A DNA stretch of 64,000 nt from Octopus vulgaris (lineage: Eukaryota). The translations under genes and the position numbers were made by a program. Numbering within the stretch: the first letter of the stretch is position 1; every line of letters starts with the position of its first letter. Under the pieces are notes generated by a model. The model was not told where the DNA came from, did no database searches, and saw nothing but the letters and a program-made list of their open reading frames with translations. Below are positions 1 through 14,062 of the stretch, one piece after another. The stretch spans positions 18,104,001-18,168,000 of the forward strand of contig OX597822.1 in assembly GCA_951406725.2 (NCBI GenBank). The letters are read 5' to 3'.

Positions 1-1156
1 TTTTTATAAGGAATAACAAAAAAATGCATGTCTAAAAGCAACTGATCTAAAATTATCTAAACACATTAAAAGTTGGAAAATGTTGAAAGATCCCTCTCCA
101 CATCACAGCTGACTGCAGTTGCTTTTTCAGGGTTATAAGAAATGGCCCTGTGTCTTTCAAGACTCAGAAATATGGTTTTATTTTTTTATTATTTTCTTAA
201 GGATTAAGTTATCGATGTACTCTGCTTTGTCACACTGCTCTGCCAGGAAGAATTTTCTTCTCCAAATTATTCATATATTCTGAATTTGTTTCATGTAGTT
301 CCTCTAAGAGAAAGCTGGAAACATTAGACCTCTTTTACAGTTCACAGTCTCCATTTATTCTGCTGTATTTTCCATTGTTTTTTTTCATTTCATAACAAGT
401 GTATTGTGCTGTTGTTGTTGTTGTTTCAGTTTTATGTTATGCAAATTTGTGTTTGCAAGTATTAAATCATGACCGTCTGTACTTAAAGTGCATATTTTTG
501 TTTTTTAGTAATTTGTTACCTGTTTGTTTTTTTAATTCTGTTTATCTTTGAATTTATTTTTATACATTCCAAGAGTAGAGGATTTTTTTCCCCCCTATTT
601 CAAAGAAGTTTTTCCACTGCTACTGCCATTTTTGTTTCGGACTCTTTTTTGCTCTTTTAGAAGATAAAGTAGTATTGAAAATCATTGTATACAATAAAAA
701 AAAAAATTCTGGATAAAAAAATTGGTGTTTAAAGCAGATATTAGATTCTTACAACCAATAAAATGTGAACTAAAAGGTATAACAATGGAAGAGTAAGAAG
801 TATCAAGAGCAAACATGCTGGGTATTGGTTGAAGAATTATATTTAACCGATTCCGAAATTGATAGATAAGCAATGAGATTGATTAACATCTGTTAGCACT
901 TCTTTAACTTTTACATGTTTTAGCAGTAAAACACTGTTTATGTTGATATGGGACAAGCAATTTTATTAATGATTGAATCCTTTCCCATTGAGACAAAATC
1001 CATGGAATGATCAATTCCCTTGTCTTTAGTGCATTCTCCAAAAAGAAAAAGGTTTTCTTTGAAATCAGACACCAAGTTAATTTTTGTTTCAAGCACTTTC
1101 TGAACTCAGTAAAAATTGGTTTTATTTTCATTGAAATGATGTTAGGAAAGTTAGAC

Positions 1157-1800
1157 ATCATCATCCTCATTATCATTTAGTGTCCATTTGTCCATCTGCA
1201 TGGGTTGACCAGGGCTGGTAAGCTGAGGGGTTGCACTTGATTCCAGTCTGATTTGGTGCGGTTTCTACAGCTGGATGCCTTTCCTAATGCTAACCACTCC
1301 AAGAGTGTAATGGGTGCTTTTACATGCCATTTGCATGACACCAGTATCTGTCACTTGGCTTGACGGATCTTCCTTCTCAAGCACAGCATAATGCCAAAGG
1401 CCTCAGCCATTTGTCATTGCTTCTGTGAGGCCTAGCACTCGCTTTTTACATGCCAGTTACATGAAACCAGCCTTGACCACAACTATGGTTTCACTTGACA
1501 GATTTTCTCAAGCACATCATATCATTAAAGGTCTCAGTCACTAGTCATTGCCTCTGTGAGGCCCAATGTTTGAAGATCATGCTTCACCACCTTGTCTTCC
1601 TGGGTCTCCCTGAGTCTTCTTCTTCCACAGCTTCCTGTGTCTCCCTCTTGTCTTCCTGGGTCTCCCTCTTCCACTGGTAGAGATCGGCACTTCTTCACAC
1701 AGCTGTCCACATCCATATGCATCACATGACCATGCCAATGCAGTCGTCTCTCTTTGTCCACTACAGCTGATGCCTTTTATGCCCAACTTTTCTCTCAATA
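1157..1800 (-). mobile_element. RTE-clade LINE 3' fragment (RT C-terminus, 3'UTR, (GAT)n tail), degenerate
   Basis: Minus-strand peptides ERRLHWHGHVMHMD..CVKKC, GRGRPRKT and VVKHDLQTLGLTEAMTSD are homologous to the copy at 44135-45545; (CAT)n tail at 1157-1176. Confidence 0.85.
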
Positions 1801-2411
1801 CTTATTGATATAATATTAATATCAAAATAGAAAAACTGTAAAAGAAGGTCAAAGGGGGGGGGAATGATATATTGTAAAGAATGCGAAACTAGAAAAGCAA
1901 TAAACTGTAGATTCCAACAAAATGCTGAGGAAACGTGATCAGATGAAGTTTTAGACTGGAAAAATCATTACTAAAAACCAGTGGTACTTAGGCCTCAGAT
2001 GAATAGCTAAAGGTTTGACTCATCAAATAAAGAAATTACCAATGTCTTTTCATATCTGTTTTTACGGGTTCCCCAATTTTACAATCTTACTTTAGTCTGA
2101 AGAATCAACCCCCACCTTCCCTGCAGGAGCAAGAGACTGCTTTTTGGCAATTATAGTAATAATAATAATAATAATAATAATAGTTCTTAATTTAGGTACA
2201 GAGGAGTGGATTACCTGATAGCATTAACCCCCTGCACTTGACTGCATTGTCCCCCCCCCAAAAAAAAGAATGGAAAGCAAAGTTGGTTTCATCTGTTTCT
2301 TGAACTCAGAATGTAAAGAGCTGGAGAGCATTTTTGTCCTAATGATTCTACTAATTTGCCTGACAACAACTATGATGATGCTGATGATGATGATATTTTC
2401 TTCTTTTGCAG

Positions 2412-3079
2412 GAAGGATGCATGAAACAGCTTCAATATTTAGTTGAAAATGTTGATTGGAGAATGGGCATAAAGGTTTGGTCTCAAGTTTATTCGTTTCA
2501 TTTGCCAATATCTGAGAAGCCAGTTACATATCCTGTTGATTTTGGAAGAGTCATTCCTGCTTCGGCAATCCCACTGAAACCAAAGCAAGAAAAATCTAAT
2601 AGAAATGATTATGGCCAAAAGAAAAAAAGATGCAAGAGGGAAGAGAATGAAAATACAAATAAGGGAGATGATGCAGCTAAAGTTAGTGAGGAATTGATAG
2701 AGTCTGATGTGAATATGGAGGAGAAAGTTGACAAGAGTTCTGCTAATATCACTGCTGAGGTCACTGAAGCAAAACCCACCAAGAAATCAAAAAGGCCTTT
2801 TGATCCAACAAAACCAACATTTCGAGTCACTTGTCACAGAAGTGGTGAAAATCACGCCTTCAGCTCAATGATTGCAGCAGCGAATTTTGGTGGCGCAATA
2901 CAAACTTATTTTGACTGGAATGTTGATATGAAAAATTTCAATATTGAAGTTATTCTGAGAGTTGTTGATGACAGTGTTTCTGTTAGCATTGCTCTTACCA
3001 AAGAGAGCTTACACCGGCGCTTAATTACAAATTTCGGACCGACAACTCTTCGTGCGACTACTGCCTATAACATGCTCAG
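2412..3079 (+). CDS. THUMPD3: Internal exon of THUMP domain-containing protein 3 (tRNA guanine-N2 methyltransferase, m2G6): THUMP domain up to the start of the methyltransferase domain
   Basis: Acceptor ttcttttgcag|GAA at 2411/2412 (phase 0) and donor CTCAG|gtaag at 3079/3080 (phase 2). Translation FRVTCHRSGENHAFSSMIAAANFGGAIQTYFDWNVDMKNFNIEVIL...IALTKESLHRRLITNFGPTTLRATTAYNMLR closely matches recalled human THUMPD3 (FRVTCNRAGEKHCFTS..AARDFGGAVQDYFKW.ADMTNFDVEVLL...IALTEESLHRRNITHFGPTTLRSTLAYGMLR), including the charged linker. Confidence 0.93.
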
Positions 3080-4337
3080 GTAAGAATGATTTTTCATTAG
3101 ATTTTTGTTCCCAGGAGAAATATTTGATTTAAACTGCCACAATGGAATTGGCACTTTATTACCATCTCTGATACAGCGGAAGGAATTTAAATTAAATCTC
3201 CAGCATTTTTTTCTTTCAGATGACTCTGTTGGTTCTCATCCCAAATTATATTGTCTTATTTCATCAGTGTTGTCTTATTTCAAATTCCAGCAAATGGAAA
3301 AACCTCTCCACATTCTTCTTTTGTTAATCATAAATTTCTGCTTTAAATTTGTTCAAATACAACTTTGTAAAAAAGTATAAAAACAAAACAAAGCAAAATA
3401 TTTTTCCAAATAATTTGCTAAAATACGATCAAATAAAAAGTTTTAAAATTCAAAGAATAGAAATCGAATTAGATCCTTGTTGTGGTGTTTGCAGCAGTCA
3501 TGACTTACTGAGAATATTGCAGAATATGCGAGCATCGTACAAAAGCAAACTTTCAGCTACAACTTGTAAATACGGCAGAATGCAACTTGTTGAGACAATA
3601 GTATTTACAAATATTATGCAAACCTCTCTATGCTAGAAATAGCTACCAAATCTCCTGTAAAATTCATCCTGCTATCTTTAAAAAACACAGGGTTTATTGG
3701 AAAATGTAGTTTCTGGCATACAACAAGTCAGGATGGTCATGACTGGAGTGCTTTTGAATATAAAAGTTTGCTCAATCAAAGCTGAAACAGCTAAAGCGAC
3801 TTAAAAACACCCTGAACCTAAGAGGGAGCTGCTGCATGGTTGCCTATCCTGCAAGAAATAGCACTCAAATCTCTTCAAAAAGTAGGTTGATATAGTCCTA
3901 AGATGTGTCTAAAAAATGATGGAATTGTCAGGGCTGGAATGCCCTTGCTCATAGGTCTGCCCATTCATTGCTGACCTGGAGCTAAATAAGAACAAAAACC
4001 AAACTGTTGGTTGAATATATCATGTGTGACATGCTGCAAATCAAGAAAATGATTGTGGACCATGGTCTGCTAATTTTGTCAGCCAAAACAAAAATTTCCA
4101 TATGGCAAAACATTTAGTTTATTGAATTCTAACTGGACGGTTCTTGTGTATTGTATCTTATGTTTGGTACATGAGTTGAACGAAGAGGCACTGGTATAAA
4201 TCCAGTCACAAGTCCACCAAAACTAAATTCAATGATAATAAGAATAGAATTGATTTTGTTAACTTAACATTCAATAGCAAACTCTGCAAAGGATACAATA
4301 TCCTTTACGTGTATGCATGTGTTTGTATGTGTGTGTG

Positions 4338-4386
<49 letters not shown>

Positions 4387-5167
4387 GTGTTTGTGTATAT
4401 GTGTGTGTATATGTATATGTGCAGACATGACAGTGTGGTGAGAAGATAATGAGGCAAATAAACAAATAGAACTGCTTGGGTTGGATATATAAATGATGCA
4501 TACATGTAAATAGAGAGAAAAGAAAGACTGAAAATATCAGATGATGAATATTCAGGTTGTATGAATTCATGAATATTCATATATTAACAGGGCAAATTTA
4601 CATAGAGTACAGAATCACCAAAAATTAAGGGGGAAGGTACGGTGTTACAGGTCCAGCTGTTTTGGTGGGGCTCAGAATTACATGATAATTATGGAAGATA
4701 TAGTTTGCAAAAACTTTAGGATATGCAGCCAGTAATGGAAGCATATAAACATTAGGTACATCCAGCCTCCGTCTTCAGGTTTCAGAATGTAAGTTCAAAT
4801 CATTTGAGTGCTACTAAATGTTTTCTATATTGAGCACCTCTGGGTCTTATCTGTAAACTTTCTCTCACTCTGTCTGTCTGTCTCTCTCTCTCTGTCTCTC
4901 TCTTTCTCTGTATATATATATATTGGAAAATGCGTGAGATCCTGGGTACAGTTGGTTGTATTTGAAAAAGAAAACAAATGACTTCATTGGTAGTTCTAAT
5001 CAGTTTAATTTATTATTTTTTAATTCATATTATTAAAACATTTTTAATTAAACTGATGCCATTCTTTTTCTATCTTTATAGAAACTACCTAATAAATAAA
5101 TAATTAAGTACATGAATGAATATTAAACTGATTCTATATAATCTTTCCTTTTTAATGTTGAATATTG

Positions 5168-5213
<46 letters not shown>

Positions 5214-5853
5214 TTTACTGATTTTAGTTATGATATCATTTTTGATAATCCTAAATTTTATCTTTATACAACATAACAATATTGTTTATAAACAGTACCC
5301 CATGATAAAATTTCCTCTGTATTAACATCATAGGTTTTATTAGCATCTTGCCCCTTTAACTGGTAATTAACACCATGATTTAGGGTCTTCCCCTCTCCAA
5401 CCTCCTTTATAGACAGTTACTTTGTACTGAATTTACTAATAATATCTTGACAATATTTATGACCATACCTAGCCATGAGCTGTCAACTCACTCTTGCTCT
5501 TCATTCCAAACAGACACAGTCCTCTAGTCTTAGATTTAATTGTTGTTAAAAAGACAAAAAAATTAGAAATGAACTACAATCCCTTTACAAGCTATGATCC
5601 CAGTAAGCTTCATGCCTTTCTTGGAAGTGTAGTATATTCTTAGCTACAATAGTGACAACATGGATTTCTTCCATCTTCTTGCTCTGTTTAAGTATTTGAG
5701 TAAAATTATATTAACTTGTTAAAATTATGTTTATTTGTGCAACTGATGATGGTCCTGCATTTAAATTGAAGTAATGATTGCACTGCTCAATTAAATGGAG
5801 CCACTTGAAATGGTCATACTGCATCACTTCATGATATCCTGTTGCTTATTTTG

Positions 5854-5859
<6 letters not shown>

Positions 5860-5888
<29 letters not shown>

Positions 5889-6036
5889 TGTATGTATGTA
5901 TGTATGTATGTATGTATGTATGTATGTATGTATGTATGTATGTATGTATGTATGTATGTATGTATGTATGTATGTATGTATGTATGTATGTATGTATGTT
6001 TGTATGTATTTATGTATGTAAGTATGTATGTATGTA
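5860..6036. repeat. (TATG)n microsatellite
   Basis: Directly visible tandem TATG array. Confidence 0.97.
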
Positions 6037-6270
6037 TGAGTTCACCTACAGATGCAATGCTTGGACACATCGTTAGTGTTGTGTCATGGAGTCAGTGGGT
6101 GTCACTGACCTTACAACATATATCTTCCCCCCTCCCCGCGACTCAACCCAGATTCATCTAACTTAACCTTGTGTCCAGACACCATACCACTGACCCCACA
6201 AATCCCCTCTTTTCAGCCAGACCCATCAACAACCTCTCTTTATGAGTTCACATTTAAATATTCATATCCT

Positions 6271-6600
6271 TCTGGCTGTCCTTTGCATAATAAATGTTTA
6301 ACTAGTAATATTGTTTTATAGTAATTACTACTAACAGACTACGTTTACATAGGTGCAACTGGCACTGACTTTAAGGTCTGCTTACATAACCATCTTCAAA
6401 TTTTTAAAGCTGAGGGTGAGACAAGGAACACATCATTATTTCTAAAAGACTGGGAATTAAAGCAGAAACATTTAGATTGCTCAGAAGCTTACTTTATTGT
6501 ACATCTGGCCATCTACGGGATCTAATACTGTGTATTGCTGAAATTAAGGCCATTGAGGAGTGTAAAAGTAATATAATAAAGAAAATCAATGAAGTGATTA
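6271..6600 (+). mobile_element. Penelope-like element GIY-YIG endonuclease relic
   Basis: Translates to CPLHNKCLTSNIV, then stops, then DYVYIGATGTDFKVCLHNHLQIFK...TSLFLKDWELK. This matches the PLE pattern CP..G.CL..NIVY...YIG.T..FK.R..NH...F...T.L...W.LK. Confidence 0.75.
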
Positions 6601-7460
6601 TGTGATGTAGAAAGAGACTCAAGGAAACTTCCTTCTGTAACAAATTCTGATGGCTCGTTAAGTTAATTTAAACAACTAATTATCTTCTCTTCTTAATTTT
6701 CTCATGGGATTTATTACTTTTTACTTAGCATTTCATGTGTGGATCCTTATTTTCTTACAACTAAACGACTTATGCCATTTCGTCAACTCTGACATATATT
6801 TCATTTTCCTTCAGGTTTTTTTGTTACTTTTCATCGTATTTTGATTATTATTATTTTCTCATCTACATTTTTCATATTTTTCTTGATTTGTTTTAAATAT
6901 ATGGACCTGTGTGTGTGTATATAGATAGATAGCTAGTGTGTTTATCCATATGCATATATGTATATTGATCTGTGTATGTATATGTGCATATATACATGTG
7001 TGTGTGTGTGTGTGTATGTATCTATATATTTGCTGGTAACAGAAATATTGTAAAAAACATTTTCCTTTCATATGTTTGTCCATTATCAATATATGTATGT
7101 GATTTCAAGGGTATATATATACCTTGTGTATACACATTATATTTATGTACCTTACAGTATACACTTACTTAATGGTGGTTTTCCCAATTGTCATTCTTTA
7201 AATGTTTTCAATTAAATCTGTTAACCCATTTCCTCAGTATAAATACTTCATTGGATAATCTTTCACTTGGCCAACTCTTTCTAATCTTTTTGGTTTATAT
7301 TTCTCCTTCAACAATTTCTTATTAATTTCCTTTGATGAATTTACTTGTGTGAACAGTCTACAGTTTTGTATGTGGTTCTGAATTACCAAAACAGTAACTA
7401 AATTTCAGTTTATATATTTGCTTGCATGTATGTGTGTATGTACACACACACACACACACA

Positions 7461-8184
7461 CAGGGGTTGAACAAAATAATGGAAACATCTTAAAATTTCA
7501 AACAAATTTATTTTAATATGGAGTACAACCACTTTGGCAGCAATTACAGCCTGAATTCTATGAGGTATGGACTCATACAGAGTTTGAATTGTTTCCAAAG
7601 GAATTTTTGTCCATTCTTCAGCTAAAACAGTCTCCAGTTCTTGTAGTGATGATGGTGGAGGATATCAATTCCTTACTTGTTTTTCTAAAATGCACCATAA
7701 ATGTTCAATAACAGTTTTTGTGGAAACTGGGTTCTCGAGGTAGTCATTAAACTCTGCAGTAATTTTGGGAGCTGTACTTTTGCACATCTCATGTCAGAGT
7801 CCAACAGTCCCTAAGTGAAAGTTTTGGTTTTCTTCTGGAGTTGTGTTTTGATGAGGAAGTATTATCCCTCTTTCTCAAAGGCTGTCAGGACTATCAAGAC
7901 AATACTTCTTGATACAACAAACATTTTGGCTGTTTTCATTATGCTATATGAGCACCATCAATTTGACCTCTTTGAAAGTCTGATAGATCTGTCATTTTAA
8001 TGAAATTTAAATTACCTTTTGCTGATGATATCTGAAAAGAAACAGCAATTTTAGCAAAACATATTAAGCACACTAATAATAAGTAAAAAAACATAAAAAT
8101 AAACAACCTTTTGGCAGTTTTATAGATATTTCAAAATTATGATGCTATGATGCTAGGTGTTTCCATTATTTTGTCCAACCCCTG
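7461..8184 (-). mobile_element. Internally deleted Tc1-like DNA transposon
   Basis: ~28-bp TIRs (CAGGGGTTGAACAAAATAATGGAAACA at 7461; TGTTTCCATTATTTTGTCCAACCCCTG ending 8184, followed by TA). Minus-strand remnants IEHLWCILE..., EEWTKIPLETIQTLYESIPHRIQAVIAAK (Tc1 C-terminus) and DLSDFQRGQI (N-terminus). Confidence 0.88.
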
Positions 8185-8231
8185 TATATGCATATGTGCA
8201 TATGCATAAGGGTCTGTATGTATGTATGTCA

Positions 8232-8860
8232 TTCAGTTTTATTTCAAGATTTCTTGCCAATAGAGAAAGAATTGGTTTCTAACCCAGATCCAAGGTGCCT
8301 TCATTGAAATTTCAACAGTAATCACTGGATATTTTTGTATGTATGTATACATGCAGATTTGTATGTTTTGTTTTATGTATCTATTCTCATGCATATAGTT
8401 GCATATCTAGACATGCTCATATATACTTAAATGATAAACTTCTGGAAAGCTTTACAGATTTTTACAGTTCCAGTGATGGCTTGCGTCTGTAGTCTTCGAA
8501 TTAGCATTCTCCTTTCTGGTTTTGAGAAGCCTAATTTTTCAAGATTGGTATTTAGGCTGTATGTTACATATCCAAGGGCTCCAGTAATTACAGGTATTAA
8601 CCTGAACTTGTAATCTGAATAGAGTAACTGCATACTTCTCAATAATTCAGCATAGGTGTTTTCTTTTTCACTGATCTTCAGCTTTATGGTAGCATCTGCT
8701 GGGCAGCTAATTTCCACAACTGTACACAGTTTTTTTCCTTTATCCCAAATCATTATATCAGGTCTGCTGTGTTTACATTTTATTGAAGATTTCCCTGGGA
8801 CATTCCACCAGTATTCTTTTTTATTATAAGTGGCTATGGCTTTCACCATACTGTGGGTTT
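8232..8860 (-). mobile_element. R4/Dong-like non-LTR retrotransposon 3' fragment (restriction-like endonuclease domain plus 3'UTR)
   Basis: ORF 8427-8849 reads YWWN...HSRPDIMIWD....CTVVEISCP.D......EKENTY..L...IPVITGALG, the PD-(D/E)xK RLE signature. Confidence 0.85.
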
Positions 8861-8904
8861 TTATTTCTTTGCTTTTGGAATTATTATATGTATGTATGTA
8901 AGCA

Positions 8905-9373
8905 TGAAATCAAAATCGAAATAAAATTCGATGACTGGCATTTGTGCTAGTGGAGCACTAAGAGCACCATCCAAGCTAGATCGTTGCCAGAGCAGCTGAC
9001 TGGCTTCCATGTCAGTAGCATGTAAAAAGCACCATACGAGCATGATTGTTACCAGCGTCGCCTTACTGACACTTGTGCCAGTGGCACATGAAAAAATATT
9101 TAAGCGAGGTCATTGCCAGTGCTGCTGGTGGCATGTAAAAAATACCATTTGCATGTGGCCGTTGCCACTATCACCTGACTGGCCCTCATGCCAGTGGCAT
9201 GTAAAAGCACCCACTAGACTCTCAGAGTGGTTGGCTTTAGGAAGGGCATCCAGCTGTAGAAACTCTGCCAGATCAGCTTGGATCCTGGTGCAGCCATCTG
9301 GTTCACCAGACCTTAGTCAAATCGTCCAAACCATGCCAGCATGGAAAGTGGACATTAAACAATGATGATGATG
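8905..9373 (+). mobile_element. RTE 3'UTR-derived repeat (truncated LINE or SINE sharing the RTE tail)
   Basis: Ends in the shared tail aagcacccactag..gagtggttgg..ttaggaagggcatccagctgtagaaac...gacattaaacaatgatgatgatg, also seen at 45370-45545. Confidence 0.8.
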
Positions 9374-9396
9374 TTGTATCTGTCTATCTATCTATC

Positions 9397-9434
<38 letters not shown>

Positions 9435-10493
9435 CATATATATTAGACATTAGTGACAAAGGCAGTCTTTGTAATGAATATTTATTTTCACATTCAACCT
9501 AAATGGGATTCTCATTTTAAATGCCCTACACTCTTGAGGAATCATCTTGTAGAGACAACTAATGCTAAAAATCGCACAATTACCATTTTCAGCTGATGAA
9601 ATTTTCATCAGCTCTGATGGATGACACTTTTGTATCATGTGATTTCACAGTAAATTTCTGTTTATCAGCAGTAGCTACCCTCAAAACCAGCCAAAGTGAT
9701 ACAGCAAACACTGTATACAGCAAACACTGATACTGGCCAAACACTTTAAAAAAGCTGGAGTTTTAGGAGTAAACCAAAGCGAGCAGTTACAGTACATACC
9801 GATTGCATTAAGTCACTAGGCGAAAATCCTTTGTGTGCGCATGCGTGTGTGTGTGTAGATGCACGTATGTGTTTATATGTATATGCATAGATGTATGCAT
9901 ATGTGTGTGTATATATCAATATAATTACTGACTTGTTTAAATGGAAATTTTCAGTGTTGAATTTATACAACTAACATATTTAAGTGTAAAATAGCAAATA
10001 TCTTACCTGCTAAATCCCTTCTTGATGCAAATATTCATATTACCTTTTTTTATATTTTTCTTTATACAGGTGTGTATTTTTGTCCAGATTAATATTTGGA
10101 GTGTATAATTCTGTATTTTTATGGTTTTTGTGTGGCACCTGATAAATTGCTTTGTGCCAGGGCCAGATCAAATGTCTTTGACACAGCTGTAAATTTTTTG
10201 CTAACCTGTATGTAATTATAACAGCCACACCATTTTCTTTTACTGGTCAGTGGTACTACAACCAAGATGTATGAGCAACTGCTTATCTTTTTTCTAACCA
10301 TGTCCACTGATGTTTCAACTACGATATTTTTCTCCTCTGATTTTACTGATTTGAATGTAAATGCAATTGATTTCTGTTATCTCAGCAGTGGCTTGAATGT
10401 GTGGAAGGTATTTCCTTTGACATAATACATGTTTCAGCAATAAAATACTTTACTACTGAAACCTATGTAACATGTATCATCCATTCTTATAAC

Positions 10494-10539
<46 letters not shown>

Positions 10540-11844
10540 TAATGTAACTCAAGCTTGGTCATTATTTAATAAAATAACTACAAAACCATTTGCATGGTCT
10601 CTAAACTTTATCGCCATGAACAACTCTCAACACTTTAGAAGAAACCCAATTTCAACTCTTTACCTCCAATAACACATCCACATTGCCTCACAAAGATTAA
10701 GCTTTGTTGCTCACTGATGAGGTGGCACAACAATTGTTGCTATGGAAATCTATTCGAAGCAAGCGATTGAAAGGAATATTTCTCATTCCATGTATGTTGA
10801 GTGAATGAATGGGTTTGTCATAATCATCATTGCTTAGTCTCCACCTTCCATGCTGCTGGCATGGGTAAAATGGAAAATCTGTTTTTTGCTGCTATGAGTG
10901 ATCATGCTTCCTGGTGGTGATTGGAGGTGGGGAGTCACTTGTGTGTTTCAGGGAAATGTACCCTTCTGCTAGAAGTTATCTCAGTTGTGTTTTGGTTGGG
11001 TAAGAGAAAGTGTAAGACATAGACAGAGAGTGAGTGCTAGAGATAGATAGTGAGTGAAAAAAAGAAGTTTACCATGTAAATCTTGACAACTTTGTTCTCC
11101 CTTCTCTCTCTCTCCCCCCTCACCTTGTTACTTCTACCAGTTGACCTCTCTCTCTCTCTCTCTGTCAGCTGACATCACTGTCACCTTTCTTACTCTTTCC
11201 CACACATTCTTTTGGCATAATTTATTCCACTTTTATATAAATCCTATCATCTTTTCCAATTACAATGCTTCTATAAATATTTATACATATTGTTTATGCC
11301 ATAAGAATTTAGAAACTTCAGAACATAATTGAAGTCAATAAAGCCATAAGTGATAGTGTTTTGATATTTGGATTAAAAAAACCCTTTTGATGAAAAAAGG
11401 TTAAAGGCTGTCAATGATTTTTTTCTATCTGAACAGATTTTTAACCCAATATTTGCACGCTATTAACAAAAGTTTTATCTACTCCGACTTCAACTGTTAA
11501 AAAGGATTTTCACACACGCACACACTCACACACACACACACACACTGATGTGCTGCATTGTCAGTGAATGCCTTCATTGATTACAGATGGGTAACTCTTC
11601 TTGGATCCACAAGTCACCAGACTCCTTATGGTGGTTATAGGAGCAATCACCACATTTGCCACAATGAAATGCCACCACATCTGTAGCTTGTGCTGCACCA
11701 AAGGTGTCGCATAGGCAGGAGCAATTACTGATTCTCTGCTCCCTTTGCATGGTTGAAGCCCCTGTTGCGGTGCCATATGGCCAAATTCACACTTTTCCTG
11801 CTACTCTTGACAAATTTACTGTAATTTTTTTGTCAGTTTTATTA

Positions 11845-12276
11845 TGACTGTGTGGTTGAGAAGTTTGTTAACTCGTCATATGCTTTTCATTTCAATCCCT
11901 CTGCTGTATGCCTATAACAAGCATCTTGTACTATAACTCGAGAATGACGAAAGCCTTGTGAGCAGAACTGATAGACAGAAATTGAAAGAATCTTGTTGTA
12001 TCTACACACGTATGTGTGTGTGTGTGTGTTAGAGATACCTGCCTTAGCATTGCATGATAGTTGTAAATAAGTGTTGCCATCATTCAACCATAGTCATTTA
12101 TTTCCAATCTTCTCTTCAAATATCTCCAGTCATGGGGAAATATTGACTTGTTTTGAAATAAGTGAAGGTCAGCAACAGGAAAGGCATCTGACTGCAGAAA
12201 AATTCACCCCAACAAATTCTGTCTGACTTTTTGAAAGCTTCGAAAAGTGGACATTAAAATGATGATGATGATGATG
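11845..12276 (+). mobile_element. Degenerate tRNA-head SINE with RTE-like (GAT)n tail
   Basis: Degenerate head (tgactgtgtggttgagaagtttg...gacagaaattgaaagaatc), (TG)n spacer, tail ggaaaggcatctg...gtggacattaaaatgatgatg. Confidence 0.6.
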
Positions 12277-12320
12277 GCTAATCACCCTCTTTCTTTCTCT
12301 CTCCCTCTCTTTTTTTTCTG

Positions 12321-12358
<38 letters not shown>

Positions 12359-13429
12359 TATATATATATATATATATATATATAAAGAGAGAGAGAGAGA
12401 GAGAGAGAAGGAGTGTTTTTTTTTCTGTTACTATCATTGCCTATCACTTAACCTTTAGATGAGGCATTTATTTCTTTTTCTTCAAAAATATAAAACAAAT
12501 TTTTAAAAATACTATTTTGATTTCAAATTCCATCCATAAAAGTGAAATACCTTAATAGGAACAAACTGCACGTCTTCATTTAGACTTGGTAAAGATTAAT
12601 CTCTTAATGATGATTATAGCTATTGTCGGATTGCTTTCGGCCATTTCCTTCCCTGTTGTTGTCACTGATTTTCAACAAAACGTTGAGGGCTGGTTTGTTC
12701 TTCTTTTTCTTTTTTGCTTTCCTTCTGTCTCTCTCTTTGTTTTTTTTATTCCCCCAATCCATGTTTACAGAAATGATTACTGTATGCCTGAAGGTATGGA
12801 TAGAAAACGACTAAAACTACAAGAAATGAAGGTGAGGCTGCAGGAATTTTTTTAGAGGTGGTTGCAAGTGAGGTCAGTTTAGAATATTTGTTTTACATGA
12901 AAGATACTGCCTTAGGTGTGTTTACAAAGAGTTAAATGTAAGAAAGACTAAAAATAGGACAATAACAGGAAATAAATAACAAGAATTTTTAATGACATTT
13001 CTGTGCAGGTGTATATGTGTGTGCGTATGTATGTATATATGTATACATATATGTAGAAGTGTATATATATTTGTATATATGTGTGTGTATGTATTTACTT
13101 ATACACATATATTTGTTATTTGTATGTGTAAACGTGTATGTATGTATGTATCCATATATATATATGGATATATATATATATATTCATGTGTGTGTGTTTA
13201 TTAATCAATATTTTGTAGTCTGTCATTCATTGGTTCAACCTTTATATCAATAACAGTCACAAGCAATGAATGTTTTTTTTTTCCTATTGGTTTTTAAATC
13301 ACAGGGAAAAAAAAAAAATAAATAAAGCCTATTGGAGAAGAACTTGTAACCTACACATAATCGTCTCTGTTTTTATTTTTCTCTTACTTCTGATCATTAT
13401 AGACACGAAGGGGTATATATATGCATACA

Positions 13430-13479
<50 letters not shown>

Positions 13480-14031
13480 TAGATAGATAGATATCCTGTT
13501 ATCTCACCTATCAGTGCCATAATTAGTTCCACTTACATACAAATCGTTTATTCTCTTCCGTTCTTTTGTTGCTCCAAGAATGATTACTTGTGACATTTTT
13601 TTTGTTGTTGCTCGTATTGATACACTTGTTTGTTTGTCATGTTAAATCTGAGTTGGAATTGGTATTTGTTGGCGCTGTTTTTCCCCTTGATCTACCTCAA
13701 AATATTTCAATATTTCATTGACTTTTCTCACAGAAGATGAAGAATTGGGCTACAAAGAGTTTCCAACTCTGTCAGACCTGGTTATTGTTGTTGCTGCTGT
13801 TGCTGTTTTATTTCTCTTTATTATTTATAACTTTGATACAACTTTTTTCTCAACAATGCTGGCTTGTTGCTTTTCTTCTTACTACTACTACTACTACTAC
13901 TACAAATAATAACAACAACAATAATAATAATAATGGTAATAATGGCATTATTATTTTATTGATTTCTTTCATTGGTACATGGGAATATTATTACAATCAT
14001 CATCACCATTGTCATCGTCGCCATCATCATT

Positions 14032-14062
<31 letters not shown>

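Noticed and set aside
3440-3500. Peptide IEIELDPCCGVCS resembling the THUMPD3 SAM motif IVDPMCGTG
   Set aside because: No polypyrimidine acceptor, lacks the GxG(A/T)I continuation, and the rest of the ORF is dissimilar; likely chance.
11560-11790. GC-richer segment with a Cys/His-rich minus-strand frame (HCGKCGDCSYNHH)
   Set aside because: Bounded by stops, with no splice signals and no recognised domain.
12606-12670. ATGATGA...CTGA spacing like a C/D box snoRNA
   Set aside because: No recognisable rRNA/snRNA guide and only a trivial terminal stem; both boxes are common in this GAT-rich genome.
12586-12855. Signal-peptide-like ORF; removing 12693-12770 creates an in-frame TGA (selenocysteine idea)
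   Set aside because: The hydrophobicity largely reflects T-rich DNA; no CxxU/UxxC context and no SECIS identified.
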